Of a DNA stretch of 64,000 bases, positions 40,107-50,316 are shown one piece after another. Position 1 is the first letter of the stretch. Each line of letters begins with the position of its first letter. Origin of the DNA: Candidatus Binatia bacterium. Lineage in GTDB: Bacteria; Desulfobacterota; Binatia; Bin18. The stretch spans positions 128,001 through 192,000 of the forward strand of contig CAXXHG010000015.1 in the NCBI GenBank assembly GCA_963666315.2, written 5' to 3'. Below the pieces are notes generated by a model. The model ran no database searches. It saw only the letters and a list, made by a program, of their open reading frames with translations, and had not been told where the DNA came from. Position numbers and translations under genes: made by a program.

Positions 40107-41147
40107 ATGCTTGCGGGCATGAACACAGGCGAAAGGCGCTACCGGTGGGCGGCCCTATTGGTAGCGACGTGCATGGGGTTGCCACTCCAGACATGGGCAG
40201 ATGCTGAAGTCTCAGAAAAAATACGCTTTGAAACGCAAGCACAGGCAATCACGATCGACCACACCGCTGAGGCAGATATTGAACAAACCCTACCCGTCCT
40301 ACCACCCGAGCAGTCCACTCCGTCCCCAAACCCAGCGGAGACCGAGCAGGCCGCTGAACCGGCAGATCTGTTTACAGACGACTATGAAGACGATGTCGAA
40401 GAGGATGTCGAAAACGATGTCCTGGATGTTCTTATTGAACTCAAAGAAGGCTTATTGACCGTCGACGTCCAAGACACTCCGCTCAACCAAGTCCTCACCA
40501 CCGTCGCCGAGCAGGGGAAATTTCGAGTGCTTTTTGTCGATCCGGCCCAAAACCGGATTAGTCTCGCGTTCGCAGACCTCCCCCTCAAAAAGGGCCTTGA
40601 AGAGTTGCTCAAAGGCTACGATCACATATTCCGTTACAGCGGGAAAAACGGCAGTCTCAGTATGGTCGCTGTGTATGCCAGAAAGACGAGGACAACGCCA
40701 ACACAATCGCTCCAGCGTCAACCCGCTCAGCACACACAGGCTATTGAGCCACAGGGTATTGATCCAGATGAGCCGGACGTTGCCCTACTTGCCGCTCAAG
40801 CGCTCGGGAGCCCTTATGAAGACGTACGCCTAGAGGCGGTCGAGGAGCTGGCCGATCTGGATAATCAGGCAGAAACGGCACACGTCCTGACTGAAGTACT
40901 CCAGAAAGACGAGAACTCCGACGTGCGTGAAGCCGCGCTGGAGTCTATTGCCGACTTTGAAGATCAGGACCTTCAACGCCGCGCGGCAAGTCTCTCCATT
41001 AATGACTCGGAACAAGACATCCGTATGCGAGCCGTGGAAATCTTGACCCACATCGAAGACTGGGACACTCTGCGCGACGTAGCCCAAGCCCATGATGACC
41101 CGGAGATTCGTGCACTCGCCAACGACGCGCTTGAAGACGAGCAGTAG
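40107..41147 (+). CDS. exported protein with STN/secretin-N0-like domain and HEAT repeats
   Basis: Signal-like segment; LTVDVQDTPLNQVL...ISLAFADLPLKKGLEELL; repeats DVRLEAVEEL, DVREAALESI, DIRMRAVEIL, EIRALA. Confidence 0.7.
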   Translation: MLAGMNTGERRYRWAALLVATCMGLPLQTWADAEVSEKIRFETQAQAITIDHTAEADIEQTLPVLPPEQSTPSPNPAETEQAAEPADLFTDDYEDDVEEDVENDVLDVLIELKEGLLTVDVQDTPLNQVLTTVAEQGKFRVLFVDPAQNRISLAFADLPLKKGLEELLKGYDHIFRYSGKNGSLSMVAVYARKTRTTPTQSLQRQPAQHTQAIEPQGIDPDEPDVALLAAQALGSPYEDVRLEAVEELADLDNQAETAHVLTEVLQKDENSDVREAALESIADFEDQDLQRRAASLSINDSEQDIRMRAVEILTHIEDWDTLRDVAQAHDDPEIRALANDALEDEQ

Positions 41148-41306
41148 GCAGCAGACAGTAGGCGCCGGGTTTACCGCGATTTCGGACACAAGCACCGAAA
41201 ACCCCACAGAGCACGAACACAGACCGGGCCAACAACGGTATCCAGAGCAAACACACCGGCGGCCAACAGGCCGCCAGGCACGGTTACTCCGGAATAAGGA
41301 AAGAAT

Positions 41307-42023
41307 ATGTCACAAACCAGGGCTGTCCTGTTTGATTTCGGCGGAACCCTTTTTGACTATGAGACGACCGCTCCAGGCGAGCGGGCATGTTTAATTGAGC
41401 TGGCATATGAGGCCGGAATAACCGCTGAGGCAAAGGATGTGCGTCGGGCATACCGGGCATCGCTCAAACGCGTCTTCTATGCATATCTGCCCCAACCGTA
41501 TTATCTCCATCGGGATATGTTTCGGGATGCATTACTGGGGACAGCAACGCATTTCGGCGTCACATTCACCGCAGAGCAGCTTGCGTGCTATCGAGCAAAT
41601 CAACGCCGGCAACGGAAGCACGATTTTCGGTTGCGGGACGGCGTGACGGAAACCTTATCGGCCTTACGCCGGCGTGGGCTACATCTGGGGATCGTCAGTA
41701 ATGTTGATAACGAGCAGTTTTCGCACATGATGCAGCTGTCCGCGCTTGAGCCGTATTTTGACTCGCTACTGACCAGTGAAGACGTGCAATCATGCAAGCC
41801 GGATCAAGCTATTTTTGCTGAGGCCTTGAGACGTGCAGGATGTTTGCCCCAAGAAGCCATTTTTGTCGGGGATTCTTTGCAACAAGATATCGCTGGAGCC
41901 AATCGCGCGGGTATGCATTCGGTACTGATTTGGTCGCAGTCGGATAGAGACCCGCCCCGTACTCACGCAAAACCACAGCATGTCATTCGACAGATTCCAG
42001 AGCTCTTGGATATAGTGGCCTAG
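41307..42023 (+). CDS. HAD family hydrolase
   Basis: LFDFGGTL, SN, KPD, VGDSLQQDIAGA. Confidence 0.9.
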   Translation: MSQTRAVLFDFGGTLFDYETTAPGERACLIELAYEAGITAEAKDVRRAYRASLKRVFYAYLPQPYYLHRDMFRDALLGTATHFGVTFTAEQLACYRANQRRQRKHDFRLRDGVTETLSALRRRGLHLGIVSNVDNEQFSHMMQLSALEPYFDSLLTSEDVQSCKPDQAIFAEALRRAGCLPQEAIFVGDSLQQDIAGANRAGMHSVLIWSQSDRDPPRTHAKPQHVIRQIPELLDIVA

Positions 42024-42039
42024 AAGAAGAGGAGGCATT

Positions 42040-44808
42040 GTGATGCGGAAGCTGCTGATTATTAGCGCGGTTCTTCTGGTTATAACGGGATTGGTGGTCT
42101 TTGCTCTCACCAACCTCAACAGCCTGATCGCCGGCAATAAAGACCGAATTCTGCAGCAAGTCGAACACATATTAGGCCGCGAGGTCGAGATTCAAGAAAT
42201 TGGAGTTACCGTGTGGGGCGGGATTGGAGCACGCCTGACTCAGTTCCGTATCGCAGAGGATCCAGCATTTTCTCCCGACGACTTTATCAGTGCCAACGAT
42301 CTCCAGGTCAATGTTGCCCTCTTGCCGCTGCTCTCACAAGAAATTCAGGTCACGCGCATCATCCTCCACCAGCCGCGCATTCAGATTATTCGGAACGAAC
42401 AGGGCCAGTTCAACTTCGCTAGCCTCGCCCAGGGAGGTCAAGCCGCCCAGGAGGCTGCTCCGGCTGACAGCGCAGAATCATCCTCCGAATCGTCCTCGGC
42501 ATCGGCCTCCGCTGCCATTCCCCTGCTCATCGCATTAGTTGATATCGAAGGTGGCGCCGTGCGCTATATCGACAAACAGGACGGATCTGATTTTAGCGTC
42601 ACGCAGCTTGACCTTCGAGCAAATGATTTGAGTCTGGATCAACCCGTTTTTATCAAACTCGCCGCCGCCGTTCTGGCTGAACAACAAAACGTTGCTATTG
42701 AGATCCAAGTCGGGCCAGTCGGTCCCGCGCTTGAGAATGCCGATCAGATCCCACTTAAGGGAACGGCGGCGCTCAACCAGCTTGACCTTGAGACGCTGCG
42801 AAAAGCTCTGCCCCAAATCGCGCAGCAAATACCACCCGGGCTAGGCACCTCAGGTCCGATCAATCTCAAGGCAGACTTTGCCGGTCGAGTTGGAGCGGTC
42901 GATCTTTCGAATATAGATCTGCAGGCAACGGTCTTTGATGCAAACGAGCCGAATATCCAGGTTACCGGCAGCTTTGGACCGGTCGGTGCGGAAGTGGCAA
43001 ACCCAGTCGAAGAGAGTAACCTGGATGTAGACGTCTCCTTCGGGCCGGTTGCACTTGAGCGTCTCCAAAAGTTCGGGCCGCTCGCCGGCAAACTTCCGCC
43101 GGATCTCAGCCTCGGGGGACCTATATCAGTCACTGCCCATGCAAGCGGCACGCCCAAGAATTTCGCCCTGACCAGTCTGATCGAAGCCAGCAGTAGTGCC
43201 ATTCGCTTTGGTGAGCTATTGACCAAGCCGAGCGGCACCAGCTTCGCACTCACCACCCAAGCCCGTGTGACTCCAGAGGCAGTGAGCTTCCAGGAGGTCA
43301 AACTGAACTTCCACACGCTTGAGCTGACGGCGAGGGGTACTATCGGACCGGGCAATCCTCCGACGCTTGATATCACTCTCGACTCGAATCAAGTCGAACT
43401 CGGGGACCTCCAGCCTCTCCTGCCGCTCCTCCATGCATATGGGCTCAGCGGGAACTTCGAAACCCATATGAAGATTGCGGGGCAGCTGGACGCTGACACG
43501 GTCCCTCAGATTAACGGCACGATCAGTCTCCGAAACGGCGGCGCAACGATTGCCCAACTCGCACAGCCTGTAACCGACATGCAGACGTCCATCACCTTCA
43601 CCGGACAGGGCGCTCAGCTCACGAACACCTCTGCGCGTATCGGACAATCCCAAGTCCAACTCGACGCACATCTTGAACAATTCAAGCCACTCAAACTGCA
43701 GTATGAATTAAATGCACCACTGCTCAGAATGGCGGATCTACAATCCGCGGACTCGCCTGGGGACCCAGAAGATGCGCTCCAGGGTATCCAGGCAACGGGA
43801 CGTGCCTGGATGCAGGGAGACGAGCTACGGCACGAAGGGAAACTGACGTCTAAACAAGGCAGCGTAGCACAGATTGCCTATACTGACTTCCAGCTGGTTA
43901 CCTCGTTGGCCAACCAGATAGCCAAGATCGACAGCTTCAAGGTCCAAGCTTTTCAGGGGACGATTCAAGGCACTGGGCAATATGCCTTTGGAACGGATCA
44001 GCCCCAGTTTTCCGTGACCTCCCAGGTGACAGCTCTCAATCTCACACAACTCTTTCGTGCAGCCCTGCCCCTCAGCGATCAAATGGTCCAAGGCATCGCT
44101 TCCCTCGACGTCAGCCTATCAGGGCGTGGCCAGACCTGGGACGACATCAAACCCACAGTACAAGGCCGGGGAAAGGCCGAAATTGTGGACGGCGCGGTGT
44201 TAGATCTCAATATTGCTGAAGGCGTGCTGTCCGGCTTAACGGGCATTTCCGGGCTGTCGTTCGCAATTTCTCCGACGGTCCGTGATAAATATCCGGCGAT
44301 TTTCACCTCTGCCCATACCGAGTTTGATGAACTCAAGAGCCGCTTCTCCCTCAGCGATAGTAAAATCAATCTTGACAGTCTACGCATTGCTGCGCGTGAT
44401 TTCATGATGCAGGGGGCGGGCTGGCTGGATTTTGATCAGCACGTCGACCTAAGGGCGACACTCGCACTCTCCAAAACCCTTTCTGCTGACATCATCAAGG
44501 GTACCAAGGAGATAAAATATATAGCCAATGAAGAGGATCGCTTGGAACTCCCCTTTGCCCTGCGCGGCATAATGCCGGGTGTCACACCGACCCCTGACGC
44601 TGCCTACCTCGGCACTCTGCTCCAACGAGCCGCAACCAACGCGCTGCAGGAAAGGCTGCTCGATAAATTCCTACCCACGACAAGAGAAGACTCTCCGCAG
44701 CAAAAAGCCTCAGGTGCCGGGCAGACGAAAGGAACGTCTCAAAAGAGAAAACCGAGCCTCCAAGAACAGCTTATACAGAAGGGGCTCGACTCGCTGTTTG
44801 GACGATAG
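42040..44808 (+). CDS. AsmA family protein
   Basis: N-terminal TM, LPLLSQEIQV, IRNEQGQFNF, beta-rich repeats, C-terminal LPFALRG. Confidence 0.85.
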   Translation: MMRKLLIISAVLLVITGLVVFALTNLNSLIAGNKDRILQQVEHILGREVEIQEIGVTVWGGIGARLTQFRIAEDPAFSPDDFISANDLQVNVALLPLLSQEIQVTRIILHQPRIQIIRNEQGQFNFASLAQGGQAAQEAAPADSAESSSESSSASASAAIPLLIALVDIEGGAVRYIDKQDGSDFSVTQLDLRANDLSLDQPVFIKLAAAVLAEQQNVAIEIQVGPVGPALENADQIPLKGTAALNQLDLETLRKALPQIAQQIPPGLGTSGPINLKADFAGRVGAVDLSNIDLQATVFDANEPNIQVTGSFGPVGAEVANPVEESNLDVDVSFGPVALERLQKFGPLAGKLPPDLSLGGPISVTAHASGTPKNFALTSLIEASSSAIRFGELLTKPSGTSFALTTQARVTPEAVSFQEVKLNFHTLELTARGTIGPGNPPTLDITLDSNQVELGDLQPLLPLLHAYGLSGNFETHMKIAGQLDADTVPQINGTISLRNGGATIAQLAQPVTDMQTSITFTGQGAQLTNTSARIGQSQVQLDAHLEQFKPLKLQYELNAPLLRMADLQSADSPGDPEDALQGIQATGRAWMQGDELRHEGKLTSKQGSVAQIAYTDFQLVTSLANQIAKIDSFKVQAFQGTIQGTGQYAFGTDQPQFSVTSQVTALNLTQLFRAALPLSDQMVQGIASLDVSLSGRGQTWDDIKPTVQGRGKAEIVDGAVLDLNIAEGVLSGLTGISGLSFAISPTVRDKYPAIFTSAHTEFDELKSRFSLSDSKINLDSLRIAARDFMMQGAGWLDFDQHVDLRATLALSKTLSADIIKGTKEIKYIANEEDRLELPFALRGIMPGVTPTPDAAYLGTLLQRAATNALQERLLDKFLPTTREDSPQQKASGAGQTKGTSQKRKPSLQEQLIQKGLDSLFGR

Positions 44809-45007
44809 GATTTCAACCCTCTTAAAGAAGGGAGGTCATCAACCGAATTAGAGAATAATCCTAACTGGACTTTCAGTAGCTAATATCGGCCATGAATAAA
44901 ACATGTTTTCTAAAACTATTTTATTTAAAGGCTCTAGATCTGGTATAGTAAGGGCAAGGCCTTTCCCCTCGATTCGGTAGTAGTATGAGGCTATGGGGAG
45001 GATAAAA

Positions 45008-45298
45008 ATGGAGAATGAATCAGGAGACGAGCCTATAGCCTGGCATTTTCTGGTAAAAGATTTCTAAGACTACGCTGAAAATATAGAATCTGTGTCCATC
45101 CACTATGCATACGCTGTGCATACAGCTAGTCCGGAATGGGCTACAGCCAAGCACGTTCAAAACATGCCCGTTGTTCTCCGGCCCTCCTGTTCTCCAGATC
45201 AGGATCCGAGCGAGCTGCGTTCGTGGGGGCTGTCCACATCAGCCGTTGTCCGCCAGCGAAGCACAACACTAAAACTTCCGCTCCGCCACGCCGCATAG
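45008..45298 (+). pseudogene. hypothetical protein with internal TAA (45065-45067)
   Basis: Strong RBS GGAGG before ATG 45008; frame continues past the stop into ORF 45092-45298. Confidence 0.4.
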
Positions 45299-45340
45299 AG
45301 AGTTGCCTCCTGCCCCCTTAGCCTGTGGTAGGCATTCATT

Positions 45341-45447
45341 TGTGTCACCCAGGCGACACAATCAACACAATACTCAATACAAACTCCGCTTTTCGTCACC
45401 TATGTGACGAACTTTTTGTTGCCTCTCTAAACTTCGCGCAGTAGTAT
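45341..45447 (+). promoter_or_regulatory. paired palindromic operators (GTCAC-N4-GTGAC) + sigma70-like promoter, copy 1
   Basis: TGTGTCACccagGCGACACA (core 45344), TTCGTCACctatGTGACGAA (core 45395), TTGCCT-17-TAGTAT. Confidence 0.65.
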
Positions 45448-45454
45448 GCCCTTC

Positions 45455-45585
45455 CAACTAACACAAGCAAACGAACCCGCGACTCTGCCGCGGGTTGCTG
45501 CTTAGGCGACTGCGGGCTTTCCTCTTAAAGCTCCTTAGGGATCTGATTCCCTCGCCCCAGTCGCTGCTCAGCGCTAAAATTCTTC
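45455..45585 (+). ncRNA. candidate structured small RNA (strand uncertain)
   Basis: Hairpin AACCCGCG/CGCGGGTT closed by AAGCA/TGCTT; multibranch stem GCGACTG/CAGTCGC enclosing GCTTT/AAAGC and AGGGA/TCCCT hairpins; no credible ORF. Confidence 0.45.
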
Positions 45586-45819
45586 ACGTCCAGCAGCATC
45601 CGCATCCCAGCTCTGCTTGTCCTCAAACCATGCACACCGGTAAGATGCTACCCCAGTCGTTGGGACGATTGTATCTGAGAACAACCGTCACCTTGAAGGT
45701 CCCCCCTCAACCTATCGCCGCTCTCTTCCCGCAAGGCTAAGTACTAACCATCGGTCTTCTCTGTCAACATACAAAGTGATATTGCTGCTTTATCCTGATG
45801 TTCCCGAGGTCTACCTCTG

Positions 45820-46311
45820 ATGCTAAATTTTTGCGCGCGACTCAGGCTCATTTCCTTCACCTTGAGTTTTCTTCTCTATTCTTCGGGAGCTTTCGCCAAT
45901 GAAGATGCCAAGGAAGATATGGACGCGCTCAAAGCTGAATTCAATGCGCAAATCGAAGCGCTCAACAACCGGGAACTTGAAGCATCCGTGGTCTCTGCTC
46001 ATGCTGAGATCGTTCTATACGGCATTTTCTGTCCTTTCCCTGTGAATGGGAAAGCCGACTTCAAAAAAGCAGTCCAGCCGTATTTTGGACAATATGAAGC
46101 GGCGGAGCTGTCTCCGGTCACACCCCAGTTCCGCATTGTCGGCACCACAGGCCTAGCCTGGGGCCATTATCATCTCGCGGCCACACCGCAAGGCGGCAGA
46201 CTGACCTATGCCCACGGTCGGTATCTCTTTACCTACGTCAAGGTTGCCGGCAAATGGCTCGTGCTCGGCATGGATTACTCCCCGCTTGAGTCCTATAGAT
46301 TCGCTCCATAA
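45820..46311 (+). CDS. secreted NTF2/SnoaL-like (DUF4440) protein
   Basis: Signal peptide (AFA), GRYLFTYVKVAGKWLV. Confidence 0.75.
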   Translation: MLNFCARLRLISFTLSFLLYSSGAFANEDAKEDMDALKAEFNAQIEALNNRELEASVVSAHAEIVLYGIFCPFPVNGKADFKKAVQPYFGQYEAAELSPVTPQFRIVGTTGLAWGHYHLAATPQGGRLTYAHGRYLFTYVKVAGKWLVLGMDYSPLESYRFAP

Positions 46312-46563
46312 TCCCCGCTTGTCCAGCACTGCTCCAGACGAGAGGTTGCCTTCTCTCCTGGCCCCATTCTCAGCAGTGAAATGAACTGAGGCAGTGTCAT
46401 GTCAGTAGGCAAGTCCGGGGCTTCACCCTCAGAGTGCCGGTTCCAGGCTAAATCTGAGCCGAAACTAGGCACGCGTCCCTCAGGCCGCTCGTGCGAGAGG
46501 ACCAATGCCGGACTGCTGAATCAATACACACAACACAAACAATTCACGAACAATTCACAAAAT

Positions 46564-46668
46564 TGTTACCCAGGTGACACAAAACACATATAGAGAAGAA
46601 GAAACGTACTCTTCAGTCACATAGGTGACACCGTTTTTCTTTGCAGTGCAGATCGAGCGGTTTATCTT
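46564..46668 (+). promoter_or_regulatory. paired palindromic operators (GTCAC-N4-GTGAC) + sigma70-like promoter, copy 2, upstream of phaC
   Basis: TGTTACccagGTGACA (core 46565), GTCACatagGTGAC (core 46616), TTGCAG-16-TATCTT. Confidence 0.65.
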
Positions 46669-46724
46669 AGTCTAAGATCATCACACTGCAGTCATAATCT
46701 TATTAACCCAAGGAAGGTGAAGAC

Positions 46725-47809
46725 ATGTCGCTACTCAGCGACGTTACAAAATATTGGATGGAAGGTACGGTCCGGTCGCTCGAAGGCTGGCGGCGTGGAT
46801 TAATGGATACATATCCTGTGGAGGAAGACCCCACGCCGACAACGCCTTATAATGTCGTATACGAAGGCGGCATGATTCGCCTGCGGCATTACCCTACGCA
46901 AGGCCAACGTCTGCACACGCCCTTACTCCTCACGTATTCACTCATCAAGCGACCGTTTATCCTGGATCTGCTGCCTGGCCGAAGCGTCGTGGAAACTCTC
47001 ACCAAGTAAGGGGTCGAAGTCTATTTCATTGACTGGATTCCGCCTACACGCAGCGATAGCTGGCGAGGCTTTGACGCGTATGTGAACGGCGACTTGGCCA
47101 ATGCCTACCGGACCATTCAGGAGCGGGAGGCAGTCACTCAGGTCACGCTTTTGGGTTATTGTTTTGGCGGTCTCCTCACCACCCTGTATGCAGCACTCTA
47201 CCCGAGCCATATCAAAAACCTGGTGAACCTCACGCTGCCGCTGGACATGAGTGTTCGTGAACACCCTACCCAAGAATCAATGAGTAAGATCCCAGCCAAG
47301 ACCATCGAGCTGATGACGACCGTCTATGGAAATTGCCGGCCTGGTTTATGAAAGCCAATTTTGAGGCGATGGCCCCCGTGCATCACGCGCTCGATAAATA
47401 TGTCGGTTTGTATCGCACTAAAGATAAAAAAGGCTACACCCAGATGTTCGAGCTATTTGAGCGCCGGATGAACAGTGATGTGCCTATGGCCGGTCAGATT
47501 TTTAAAGAACTGACCGGTGATGTTTCGCGCCGGAACCTGATTATGAAAAATAAGATGCAGATCGGCCAGCGTACGGTCAATCTCAAAAACGTCACCTGTC
47601 CCGTGCTCAACGTCATCGGCGAGCACGATGACGTTGTCCATCCCAAATCCAGCCTGCCCCTCACGGACCTAATCGGGAGCACTGATGCGCATACCATTAT
47701 GTTCCCGACCGGCCACATCGGGGCAGCCGTCAGCTCCAGCGCACAGAAAAAGCTCTGGCCACAGGTGGTGTCCTGGCTGCGAGAACGCGACGAAACAGTC
47801 GGGCACTAA
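46725..47809 (+). pseudogene. phaC: class III PHA synthase subunit PhaC; TAA at 47007, frameshift ~47335
   Basis: PLLLTYSLIKRPFILDL, VYFIDW, lipase box GYCFGG, EHDDVV, TGHIG. Confidence 0.85.
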
Positions 47810-47981
47810 GCACCTCTCACACCACCGGCCTCTTTTGCGTCTTGTCTTGAAGCAGGAAGCTACGCCAGACGGGGGCCAGCACTAAAAGTCCACTTTATGC
47901 TTGACACAAGCGCAAGGGCGGGTTTATCAAATAGGATTTGAGGCTCCCTACAGCAACTTTACGTCTGAGGAGGAAAATCGT

Positions 47982-48551
47982 ATGGTACCGGCAAGAGAAG
48001 TTCACTCCGCCGCCTATCCTGGTGATGGATTCTTAGAGGAAGAACAGACGATGGAGGAGCTTATCGCCCCACCTCGAAAAAGCCTGGACGCCAACCTCTT
48101 GCATCAACCGATTAGCATTCTGTCGTATGTGCCGCCCGTCTGTGTCACACAAGACACGACGATTACTATGGCTACGCATCTCATGCAAGAGAATAGGGTC
48201 GGCTGTGTCCTGATCCAAGACACAGTCCAGATTCTTGGCATCTTTACGGAACGCGACCTCTTGAATCGTGTTCTTGGGGCGGGGCGGGACGTCGATCAAA
48301 CGACCGTGGGCAGTGTGATGACACCGGATCCAGAAACTCTCCCCATTGACGCAGCCATCGTATTTGCACTGAATCTTATGGGAGAAGGCGCATTTCGCCA
48401 TCTCCCCCTCGTCAATGATGAGGACCGTCCGGTTGGCATGCTGTCCGCGAAGCACATCGTTCAGTATCTGACAGAGTTTTTTTCCGAGGAAGTGCTCAAC
48501 CTTCCGCCACGTCCCAATTTGCTTCATCCTGGACAGCGCGAGGGGGCCTGA
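47982..48551 (+). CDS. CBS domain-containing protein
   Basis: GIFTERD, VMTPDP, FRHLPLV; RBS GAGGAGG; TTGACA at 47901. Confidence 0.88.
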   Translation: MVPAREVHSAAYPGDGFLEEEQTMEELIAPPRKSLDANLLHQPISILSYVPPVCVTQDTTITMATHLMQENRVGCVLIQDTVQILGIFTERDLLNRVLGAGRDVDQTTVGSVMTPDPETLPIDAAIVFALNLMGEGAFRHLPLVNDEDRPVGMLSAKHIVQYLTEFFSEEVLNLPPRPNLLHPGQREGA

Positions 48552-48639
48552 GGTCTAGAGTGCTGCGCTGACTCGGGGTTGGTAGTTGATAATGATGGGG
48601 AAGAAGACGCCGGTCCAGGTAGGTTCGTTGCTACTACCG

Positions 48640-49507
48640 TTATCGCACGTACAGCGCCATATCCGCCTTGCCTATCAGGTCCTCAATGGACATGGGCGTC
48701 TTGGGGTCGAAGAGTGCCACCCCAAGACTACCCGAAATCTGGTAGGGACGCGGATCTTTGACGTTGCGGGCGACAAGTTGGCTCTGTAAGCGGTTGGCAA
48801 TAATCTGCCCACTGTCTCGTGCGGCCGCTACTACCAAGGCAATGAATTCGTCCCCCCCAAAGCGGCCAAGAATATCCGAGCGCCGAAAGGTCGTCCGCAA
48901 CACATCCGCCACTGCGACCAAGGCCCGGTCACCTTCTTGATGTCCGAATGTATCGTTAATCTTCTTCAGTCCATCTAGGTCAACCAAGGCGAGGACTAAG
49001 CCCTGCTGCGTACGTTGGGCAATTTTAAGTTGCTGTTCGGTCAGTGTCTGAAAGCCACGACGTTTTTACAGACCTGTCAACTCATCGATTAAAGACAAGC
49101 ACTGTAATGTAGCATAGCGATGATGGCGTGCGATCGCATTCCGCACGGTGTTTTCTATGAAGATACTGAGACTTTCTTGTTCCTTGATCAAGTAATCCTG
49201 GGCACCGTGGTGCACGGCTTCGAGCACCAATTCTTCATCCTCTGCTTCAGCCAGCGATCACGATAGGCAGATTCGGCGGTACGGATAAAATCCGCGTCAT
49301 ACCGTCCAAGCTGCGACCATCCCGCAACTTCAGATCTAACAGAACAACGTCGATACCGCCGGCCATAATGCGCTCTAGCTCTGCATTGAACCGGGTCACA
49401 TGTAGGCAAGCAAAGGCAGACGAAGCATGGGACAGTGTCTCACGAATCCGGAATGCATCCGGTGTACTCTCCTCGACTAAGAGTACTGAGATCGGTCGCC
49501 CTGTCAT
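48640..49507 (-). pseudogene. response-regulator diguanylate cyclase (REC-GGDEF), multiply frameshifted
   Basis: VLLVEE...DVVLLDL, GAQDYLIK, DELTGL, DLDGLKKINDTFGHQEGD, RFGGDEF spread across several frames. Confidence 0.85.
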
Positions 49508-49817
49508 TCCGCTTAGAATGCTCCCAGATTGTGATAGCCCTAGGGGCAACAGGGGGATCTCCCTGGCTTAATACTATGTTTCCGCTCGGGCCAAAACCCC
49601 TCAAAACACTTACAGATGCTTGAGCTTTATTCATGACGGAGAGATGACCTACAAGTCAATAGTCCGCCTCGACGACCAATGCCCGGCGAATGCCATTCGG
49701 AGGTCGCCGCCGCTTGCTGCTCTCAAGATACTCTTACGTCGCGCTATAGATATATCAGTAGATATATCGGTCCAATTTCTCCTTCCGCCCGTACTGTTTA
49801 TACAAGGAGGCGAAAGT

Positions 49818-50273
49818 ATGGCGAGGCAGAACGGTTTGGTGATCGGCAGGGCACCTGACTTGGCTATCGAATCGCAGTCAACATTTCTGACCGCGCTCGG
49901 CCACATATACTGCCAACAAGGAGAGAAACGCTTAATGCTCGCCGTTCTCAAGGACGCCGCGACGTGTGTGGAGCGGTATTATCGGATTGATAATCATTCC
50001 AGTCGGCCAGCATACCGGGCCGCCTTAGATTGGATCTTATCTCAAGACCAGCGCTGGCCGTTTTCATTTGAGAATATTTGTCTGACTCTCGATTTTGATC
50101 CCGTCCAAGTTCGAGCGGCGTTGCTCTCTGCAAATTATGCCCCCAACGGAACACGCCAGGTATGTAGGGCTTCGGGTGAAATACGGACTGGTCGTTCCCA
50201 AATGAGGACGGCCAGACCGATGAACAGAGTCGCTTCTCCGAGCGGCGAACCATGCATAGCCCGCCATTCTTGA
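49818..50273 (+). CDS. conserved hypothetical protein (GEKRLMLAVL...WPFSFENIC family)
   Basis: RBS AAGGAGG; motif GEKRLMLAVLKDA...DWILS...WPFSFENICLTLDFDP. Confidence 0.75.
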   Translation: MARQNGLVIGRAPDLAIESQSTFLTALGHIYCQQGEKRLMLAVLKDAATCVERYYRIDNHSSRPAYRAALDWILSQDQRWPFSFENICLTLDFDPVQVRAALLSANYAPNGTRQVCRASGEIRTGRSQMRTARPMNRVASPSGEPCIARHS

Positions 50274-50316
50274 GTCTCCGGGCGCTGCACGTGCGCATTG
50301 CCCCAGCGTAGAGATG

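Noticed and set aside
13255-47009. Several in-frame TAG/TAA stops suggesting stop-codon reassignment or pyrrolysine
   Set aside because: They replace different expected residues (Tyr, Gln, Trp), co-occur with frameshifts and truncations, and many intact genes end in TAG or TAA
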